Shown here: piece after piece, positions 43,831 through 48,301 of the stretch
Layout of the letters: each line of letters opens with the position of its first letter
Position numbering within the stretch: position 1 is the first letter of the stretch
Assembly: GCA_964414205.1 (NCBI GenBank)
Contig: CAYPVP010000003.1
Span: 1 to 48,301, forward strand
Direction: 5' to 3'
Length of the DNA stretch: 48,301 nucleotides
Origin: an uncultured Bacteroidaceae bacterium
GTDB lineage: Bacteria; Bacillota; Clostridia; Christensenellales; CAG-917
Made by a program: the position numbers and the translations under genes
Notes under the pieces: model-generated
The model's database searches: none
The model's input: the letters and a program-made list of their open reading frames with translations, nothing else
What the model was told of the DNA's origin: nothing

Positions 43831-44742
43831 ATGGATAGTGAAAAAATTGCCAAGTTAAAGCGTTTGAAAAAAGAAAAAAATGCTGTGATTTTGGCACATT
43901 ATTATATAAGCGAAGAAGTGCAAGAGGTTGCCGACTATGTTGGTGATTCGTTTTTTTTGAGCAAACTCGCCACCAAAATTCCTGAAACAACCATATGTTA
44001 TGCTGGCGTCAAATTTATGGCAGAAAGTGCAAAAATTTTGAACCCTGACAAAACGGTGCTTATGCCAGATTTTGATGCCGATTGTCCAATGGCACACATG
44101 GCAACAGTGGAAAAAGTCAAAGAAATGAAAGAAAAGATTGAAGATTTGGCAGTTGTTTGCTACATCAATTCAACAACTCAACTCAAATGCGTTTCAGATG
44201 TTTGCGTGACAAGTGCAAATGCAGTCAAAATTGTGAAAAATTTGAAACAAAAAAACATATTTTTTATTCCTGACAAAAATTTGGGAAACTATGTTGCAAA
44301 GCAAGTGCCTGAAAAAAATTTCTTTTTCAATGATGGCTATTGTCCAATTCACAATTTCATTTCATTGCAAAGCGTGCAAGGTTTCAAATTGAAAAACCCA
44401 AATGCAAAAGTGCTAGCACACCCAGAATGCCCTGAAAACATCTTGAATGAAGCCGATTTTGTCGGTAGCACTTCAATGATAATTGACTATGCAGAAAAAA
44501 GTTGTGAAAATGAATTTTTGATTTTGACTGAAAATGGAATTGCATTTGAACTCAAAAACAAATTGAACGGCAAAAAATTCAGTTTTGTTGAAGATGACAA
44601 ATGCTGTGAAGATATGAAAAAAATTACAATTGACAAAGTCATTGATGTTTTAGAAAACAACACAAATGAAGTTTTTGTCGATGAAAAAACAAGAGAAATG
44701 GCGTTGATTCCACTTGAAAGAATGTTGGAAATGGCAAAATAG
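43831..44742 (+). CDS. nadA: Quinolinate synthase
   Basis: 303 aa with typical blocks (ILAHYY, VADYVGDS, CPMA, HPEC) and three cluster Cys residues. Confidence 0.9.
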   Translation: MDSEKIAKLKRLKKEKNAVILAHYYISEEVQEVADYVGDSFFLSKLATKIPETTICYAGVKFMAESAKILNPDKTVLMPDFDADCPMAHMATVEKVKEMKEKIEDLAVVCYINSTTQLKCVSDVCVTSANAVKIVKNLKQKNIFFIPDKNLGNYVAKQVPEKNFFFNDGYCPIHNFISLQSVQGFKLKNPNAKVLAHPECPENILNEADFVGSTSMIIDYAEKSCENEFLILTENGIAFELKNKLNGKKFSFVEDDKCCEDMKKITIDKVIDVLENNTNEVFVDEKTREMALIPLERMLEMAK

Positions 44743-44746
44743 GAAA

Positions 44747-46069
44747 ATGGAAAAATTTGATACGATAATTGTGGGAACGGGCGTTGCTGGACTGTATGCA
44801 ACTCTCAACCTCGAAAGAAGCAAAAACATTTTGTTGATTACAAAAGATGACCTTGAAAACAGTGACTCCTATTTGGCGCAAGGTGGAATTTCTGCGTTGC
44901 TTTCTGATGAAGACTATGACACCTATTTTGAAGACACCATGAAAGCAGGAAAATATAAAAACGACAAAACTGCCGTTGCTGAAATGATTCGTCAATCTCA
45001 CTCTATTGTTGGAGATTTGATTGAAATTGGTGTCGATTTTGACAGAACCCCTGATGGAGACATTGCATTTACAAGAGAAGGTGGACATTCAGTTTTCAGA
45101 ATTTTGCACCACAAAGATGTGACTGGCAAAGAGATTGTTGAAAAACTTATGGCAAGTGTCAAAAAACTTCCAAATGTGACAATGCGTGACCACCAAACAA
45201 TGGTTGACCTTGTGACCGATGGCAACGAATGTCGTGGAATTGTTGTCAGAAAAGAAGATGGAAGCCTTGTTCAATATTTTGCTCGTGACACAATTTTGGC
45301 TACTGGTGGAATTGGTGGGCTTTTTAGAAACTCCACAAACTTTCCTCACATCACAGGTGATTCATTTGCACTTGCAATTCGCAACAACATCGAACTTGAA
45401 AACCTAAACTACATTCAAATTCACCCAACAGTTCTTTTTTCAAAAAACAAGGGAAGACGCTTTTTGATTTCTGAATCTGCAAGAGGTGAGGGCGCATATT
45501 TGGTGAATGAAGATGGTGAAAGATTTGTAAACGAACTTTTGCCTCGTGATGTCGTGACTGATGCAATTTGCAAAGAAATGCAAAAGTCAAACACTGACCA
45601 TGTCTATTTGAACTTTTCAAAAATTGAAAAAGAAGAAATTTTGAATCACTTTCCAAACATATACAAAAGATGCTTGGAAGAAGGCTATGACATCACCAAA
45701 GAGCCAATTCCTGTCACACCTGCTCAACACTATTTGATGGGTGGAATAAAGGCTGATTTGAACGGACAAACTTCAATGAAAAACCTTTTTGCTGTTGGAG
45801 AAACTGCTTGCAATGGTGTTCATGGTGCAAACAGGCTCGCCAGCAACTCTTTGCTTGAAAGTTTGGTCTTTGCTCGCAACGCATCAAGAAAAATCAACAA
45901 TGACAAATCACCAATGAAAGAAACAATGCCACTTGCTGATGCTCAACTCAAAATCTATGAAGATGTTGAAAAATGGAGCGAAAACAATCGACAAATGGTT
46001 ATGAATGAAATAAAAGAAAAGGACAAAGAATTTTATGATAAATGGTGCAACTTTCAAACTCAACATTGA
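44747..46069 (+). CDS. nadB: L-aspartate oxidase
   Basis: FAD motif DTIIVGTGVAGLY. QGGI and RFLISESARGEGA blocks. C-terminal HGANRLASNSLLE. Start moved to ATG 44747. Confidence 0.9.
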   Translation: MEKFDTIIVGTGVAGLYATLNLERSKNILLITKDDLENSDSYLAQGGISALLSDEDYDTYFEDTMKAGKYKNDKTAVAEMIRQSHSIVGDLIEIGVDFDRTPDGDIAFTREGGHSVFRILHHKDVTGKEIVEKLMASVKKLPNVTMRDHQTMVDLVTDGNECRGIVVRKEDGSLVQYFARDTILATGGIGGLFRNSTNFPHITGDSFALAIRNNIELENLNYIQIHPTVLFSKNKGRRFLISESARGEGAYLVNEDGERFVNELLPRDVVTDAICKEMQKSNTDHVYLNFSKIEKEEILNHFPNIYKRCLEEGYDITKEPIPVTPAQHYLMGGIKADLNGQTSMKNLFAVGETACNGVHGANRLASNSLLESLVFARNASRKINNDKSPMKETMPLADAQLKIYEDVEKWSENNRQMVMNEIKEKDKEFYDKWCNFQTQH

Positions 46070-46922
46070 CAACTACATCAAACTCGCTTTGCAAGAAGAC
46101 ATAACAAGCGAAGATGTCACAACAAATGCTGTTATGCCTGTGCCTGTTTGGGGAACGGTCGATTTGATTGCAAAAGAAGACGGAATTCTTTGTGGAATTG
46201 ATGTTTTCAAGCGTTGTTTTGTGTTGCTTGATGAAACCGTAGAATTTGAAATTTCAAAAAAAGATGGCGACAAAATGCACAAAGGCGAAGTGATAGCAAA
46301 AGTTTTTGGCAACATTGACATTTTGCTGTCAGGTGAAAGAGTTGCACTCAACTATCTTCAAAGAATGTCAGGCATTGCAACTTTCACTCGTCAGTGTGCT
46401 CAAATGCTTGAAGGCACAAAAACAACTTTGCTTGACACAAGAAAGACAACGCCAAACAATCGAATTTTTGAAAAATATGCTGTCAAAATTGGTGGTGCAA
46501 CAAACCATCGCTACAATTTGTCTGATGGAGTCTTGTTGAAAGACAACCACATTGGGGCTGCGGGAAGTGTTAAAAAAGCAGTTGAAATGGCAAAAGCCTA
46601 TGCTCCATTTGTCAGAAAAATTGAAGTTGAAACTGAAACTTTGGACATGGTGCAAGAAGCCGTTGAAGCAGGTGCTGACATCATCATGCTTGACAACATG
46701 ACAAACGAAACAATGAAAGAAGCAATCAAGTTGATTGATGGCAAAGCACAAACTGAATGCTCTGGCAATGTCACCAAAGAAAGACTGAAAGAAATTGCCG
46801 AAATCGGTGTTGATTTTGTTTCGTCAGGTGCGTTGACCTATGGTGCTCCAATCATCGATTTGTCACTCAAAAATCTTCACCCCGTTGACAAAAATGCAAA
46901 GTTGTCAATCAAAAAAATGTAG
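46035..46922 (+). CDS. nadC: Nicotinate-nucleotide pyrophosphorylase (carboxylating)
   Basis: ALQEDI...DVTT N-terminus. LDTRKTTP, KDNHI and IMLDNM blocks. Overlaps the nadB 3' end by 35 nt if ATG 46035 is the start. Confidence 0.9.
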   Translation: MINGATFKLNIDNYIKLALQEDITSEDVTTNAVMPVPVWGTVDLIAKEDGILCGIDVFKRCFVLLDETVEFEISKKDGDKMHKGEVIAKVFGNIDILLSGERVALNYLQRMSGIATFTRQCAQMLEGTKTTLLDTRKTTPNNRIFEKYAVKIGGATNHRYNLSDGVLLKDNHIGAAGSVKKAVEMAKAYAPFVRKIEVETETLDMVQEAVEAGADIIMLDNMTNETMKEAIKLIDGKAQTECSGNVTKERLKEIAEIGVDFVSSGALTYGAPIIDLSLKNLHPVDKNAKLSIKKM

Positions 46923-47121
46923 CGATAAAGTTTTGATTTTTGCCAAGTTGCAAATTCAACTTTCAATCAAAAGCAATGAAGAAACAATGTTAAAGTCAAT
47001 GAACAAGCGAATTGAAAACTCACTAACTACCAAATTGAATTGCAAACAAAAGCAAAGTTTATCTATTGAAAATTGCAAATCTAAACATTAAAAAGATTCA
47101 AAATTGAAAGAAAATAAAAAC

Positions 47122-47152
47122 AAAAAAACCACACTCAACAGTGTGGTTTTTC
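47122..47152. terminator. Bidirectional rho-independent terminator
   Basis: CCACACT-CAAC-AGTGTGG hairpin (47129-47146) flanked by AAAAAAA and TTTTT. Lies between convergent nadC and the uL15-like gene. Confidence 0.85.
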
Positions 47153-47310
47153 ATTTTTGAATTGAAATGCTGTAAAACGTAATGTTGCCAACCCAATTTT
47201 CACCTATTTGGCAATAAATAAGTTATGCAATGATTTAGAAATGCAGTTTACGGTAAAATTAAGTTGTGACAACTACGGTCAAATTAAAATGTTGCAACTC
47301 AAAGATAATT

Positions 47311-48297
47311 CTATTTGACATTGCTGATGAGAGTGACTGTGCCACCAAGCAAAACAATCATTTTTTCAGCAATGTTTGTTATGCTGTTTGCTTCAACATT
47401 CAATTTTTTGTCAAGTGTTTTGCCAGCAGTGATGTTCAAAAAACTTGCAACTTGTGGAATCAATCCTTTTTGTTTCAGCGTGTCAAGATTGACAATTTCA
47501 TCATCATAGTAGGCTTTTGCGATGACATCAAGACTCACATTGACTTTGTTTTGCAGAAGAACATCTTTCGTAATGGTGTTTCTCACAAGTTTTACATCTT
47601 CATCTGAAATTTCATCTTTTGCAGTTGCCGTTGTTGTCGAAAAAATGTTTTTGTTTCTGATTTCTTGCAAAACTTTCAGTTTGTTGAATTCCAATGTTTT
47701 CATTTCTGAAATCACAACAACTCCCAAATTTTTTTCAATGGCTTCTTCATTTGTCATTTTTTCATATTCGTTGGAATAATCTTTTTCTACAAAATTGAGT
47801 TTTGGTTGAAAGTCGTTTATTGCAAACATATTGCAAAGTAGTTCAAGAGCAAGGTCGCAACTTTTTTTGTTTTTAATTTTGATTTTGCATGGAGTCTTTT
47901 TATATTTTTCTTCTTCGACAATTTTGTTTTTTGCACTTTCATTCAAATCATTTTCAGACAAAGCAATGAAAAGAGTGAGAATTTTGCCAATAATCACAAA
48001 CTTTGCTGTGATAAAACTTCCGACTTTGAAATTTTCCGAGGTTTTGAAAATTTTTGATGTTGATTTTTTTATGGACAGCAATTTGTTTTTTATTGATGAA
48101 TAATATTGTTTGATTTCATCATCAAGTTGTCCAAGTTTTACAACATAATCAGTTTTGTATTTTTTGACAACAACTACATCTTGTTTTTCCTCAAAATTCA
48201 AAATTTCAGAATCTTCAAAAGTTTGGGAGTCATCTTTGTTGTCAAACAAAAATATGTTGTTATCAAATTTTTTTGATGAAGCAATTTTATATATCAA
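47311..48297 (-). CDS. Lys/Glu-rich hypothetical protein with a C-terminal uL15 (ribosomal protein L15)-like domain; the 5' end may lie beyond the window
   Basis: The C-terminus VNLDTLKQKGLI...AGKTLDKKLNVEANSITNIAEKMIVLLGGTVTLI parallels the bacterial uL15 C-terminus (VNLDKL...GNGKLEKKLTVKANKFS.SAKEAVEAAGGTAEVI). The ORF is open to 4 nt from the window edge and its first codon is TTG. Confidence 0.6.
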   Translation of the reverse strand: MIYKIASSKKFDNNIFLFDNKDDSQTFEDSEILNFEEKQDVVVVKKYKTDYVVKLGQLDDEIKQYYSSIKNKLLSIKKSTSKIFKTSENFKVGSFITAKFVIIGKILTLFIALSENDLNESAKNKIVEEEKYKKTPCKIKIKNKKSCDLALELLCNMFAINDFQPKLNFVEKDYSNEYEKMTNEEAIEKNLGVVVISEMKTLEFNKLKVLQEIRNKNIFSTTTATAKDEISDEDVKLVRNTITKDVLLQNKVNVSLDVIAKAYYDDEIVNLDTLKQKGLIPQVASFLNITAGKTLDKKLNVEANSITNIAEKMIVLLGGTVTLISNVK

Positions 48298-48301
48298 ATA
48301 C

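Noticed and set aside
1-48301. Prophage, transposon, defence island or microcompartment content
   Set aside because: I recognised no integrase, transposase, capsid, terminase, restriction, helicase-nuclease, toxin-antitoxin pair or BMC shell genes in any frame. The window reads as core metabolic chromosome with a few unknowns.

Overview
Low-GC chromosomal segment that looks like an anaerobic Bacillota/Mollicutes-like gut bacterium. It uses the standard genetic code (TGA is a stop) and most genes have strong GGAG-type RBSs. I support about 40 protein genes, one tRNA, one riboswitch, about a dozen intrinsic terminators and several tandem-repeat arrays.

Gene content from left to right:
- Surface-polysaccharide cluster on the minus strand: GT4, a TviB-like UDP-HexNAc dehydrogenase, GT2, a PglC-like phosphoglycosyl transferase and a DegT aminotransferase. 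A divergent nucleotidyltransferase-family gene follows.
- O2/NO-stress cluster: flavodiiron protein, Crp/Fnr regulator, small ferredoxin and thioredoxin.
- Acyl-CoA thioesterase.
- GGDEF diguanylate cyclase.
- A 1007-aa glycyl-radical enzyme plus its activase.
- HdeD/DUF308 membrane protein.
- Fused MacB-type ABC transporter.
- Amino-sugar genes: glmM, a stand-alone GlmU acetyltransferase domain, and nagB.
- Small zinc-ribbon membrane protein, XRE regulator and a C_GCAxxG_C_C protein.
- Guanine riboswitch followed by an AzgA-type purine permease.
- Type III glutamine synthetase plus a co-transcribed membrane protein.
- Small ORF plus WYL regulator, then tRNA-Gln(CUG), then an 11-unit 20-bp tandem array.
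- Four hypothetical membrane or secreted proteins.
- metF, the MetH activation domain and metH.
- COG4908 condensation-like acyltransferase.
- nadA, nadB and nadC.
- A protein with a uL15-like C-terminus.

I saw no rRNA, CRISPR array, transposase, integrase, phage genes or recognisable defence genes.

The most unusual item is the orphan glycyl-radical enzyme, whose N-terminus reads as an SCP2-type lipid-binding domain. The second notable theme is the abundance of phased 20-22 bp tandem repeats and A/C-rich, T-poor tracts in unusually long intergenic spacers. All functional calls come from reading motifs by eye. No database search was run.
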